A stretch of 64,000 bases of DNA. Source: Hypanus sabinus. Lineage: Eukaryota. Positions 62,845 through 64,000 of the stretch are shown here, in pieces (position 1 is the first letter of the stretch; each line of letters opens with the position of its first letter). A program made the translations under genes and the position numbers. Location: NCBI RefSeq assembly GCF_030144855.1, contig NC_082714.1, forward strand, positions 95,232,001 through 95,296,000. The letters are read 5' to 3'. The notes under the pieces were generated by a model. The model saw only the letters and a program-made list of their open reading frames with translations. It ran no database searches and was not told the origin of the DNA.

Positions 62845-64000
62845 ATAAGACATAGGAGCAGCATTAGGCCATTAGGTCCATCAAATCAGCTCTTCTAGTT
62901 CATTATGGCTGATCTATTTCCTTCTCAACATCATTTTCCTGCCTTATTTGCACCCCAACTAATCAAGAAACTACCATCCTCCACCTTAAATACACCCAAT
63001 GACTTGGCCTCAACAGCCACCTGGGGCAACAAATTCCACAGATTCTCTGATGAAATTCCTCCTCATCTCCATTCTAAGTGCATGACCCTATATTCTCAGG
63101 CTGTGCCCTCTGGTCCTAGGCTCCCCCATCATAGGAAAGATTCTCTCTGCATCAGCTCTAATTCTGCCTCTCAACATTTGACAGGTTTCAATGAGTTTCC
63201 TTATTCTTCTAACTTGCAGTGAGTAAAGGCACAGAGACATCAATTGTACCTCATACTCCTGGAAAGAAAGGTGTATTGTAACTATAGTGAAAGTGCTCTG
63301 AACCCTCACCAATGTCAGTACATCCTTTCTTAAATAAGAGGCCCAAAACAGCTCACAATACTCCAAGTGAGGCCTCACTAGTGCCTTCTAAACCCTCAGC
63401 ATTACGTCCTTACTTTTATATTCTAGTTCGCTTGAAATGAATTCTAACACTGCATTCACCTTCCTTATCACCAGCTCAACTTGCAAATTACCCTTTTTAG
63501 GGAATCCTGCACAAGGACTCCCAAGTCCCTTTGCACCTCGATTTTCGAATTTTCTCCCTGTTTAGAAAATAATCCATGCTTTTATTCTTTTTATCAAAGT
63601 ACATGACCATACACATCCCGACACTGCATTCCATTTGCCACTTTTTTGCCCATTCTCTTCATCTGTCTAAGCCTTTCTACAGCTTCCCTGCTTCCTCAAA
63701 ACTACCTGCTCTTCCACTATATTTGAATCATTCACAAACAAAGCCATCAATTCATCATTCAAATCATTGACAAACAATGTAAAAAGAAGTGATCCAACAC
63801 CGGCCTCTGTGGAACTAGTCACTGGCAGCCAATGAAAGAAGGCTCACTTTATTCCAAGTCTTTCTACCTGCCAAACAGCCAATACTCTATCCATACTAGG
63901 ATCTTTCCTGTAATAACACCATGGGCTCTTGTTAAACAGCTCGTGCAGCATCTTGTCAAAGGCCTTCTTAAAATCCAAGTACACAACATCCACTAATTCT
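62845..64000 (-). mobile_element. CR1 LINE 3' portion (runs off window)
   Basis: RPHLEYCELFWASYLRKDVL...RTRGHSLRI, homologous to 10623-11790. Confidence 0.87.

Overview
Eukaryotic vertebrate genomic DNA. The repeat content (CR1 and Rex1/Babar-like LINE tails, tRNA-derived V-SINE-like elements, Penelope-like ends) suggests a cartilaginous fish, probably a ray; this is an inference. One host gene is recognisable: MEF2D on the minus strand. I resolved seven coding exons with GT-AG boundaries and consistent phases: 39113-39166 (ATG exon, 5' UTR part to 39287), 32808-33011, 19774-19911 (alpha1), 19072-19291, 18647-18703, 1589-1764 and a 21-nt beta microexon at 960-980. Together they give 870 nt / 290 aa. 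The 57-nt exon and the microexon are not shown in frame by the ORF track. The remaining 3' exons were not found and probably lie left of the window; the promoter was not found. Most other sequence is decayed transposable elements, including a hAT (Buster/Charlie) element with an exact 8-bp TSD, a near full-length CR1 and a 5'-truncated Ty3/Gypsy with its 3' LTR. No prokaryote-style novel system is present. The most unusual observations are regulatory: (1) an intronic 39-bp minisatellite that is an array of nuclear-receptor elements (4 perfect AGGTCATGACCT, 7 AAAGGTCA, 2 DR1); (2) no visible alpha2 exon, with a 47-bp inverted repeat in the intron where it is expected; (3) microexon splicing motifs; (4) hammerhead-ribozyme-like motifs in Penelope-like repeats, including a head-to-head palindromic pair; (5) uORFs, a perfect intronic MEF2 site and candidate upstream exons. 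Repeat coordinates are approximate unless a TSD or TIR is quoted.
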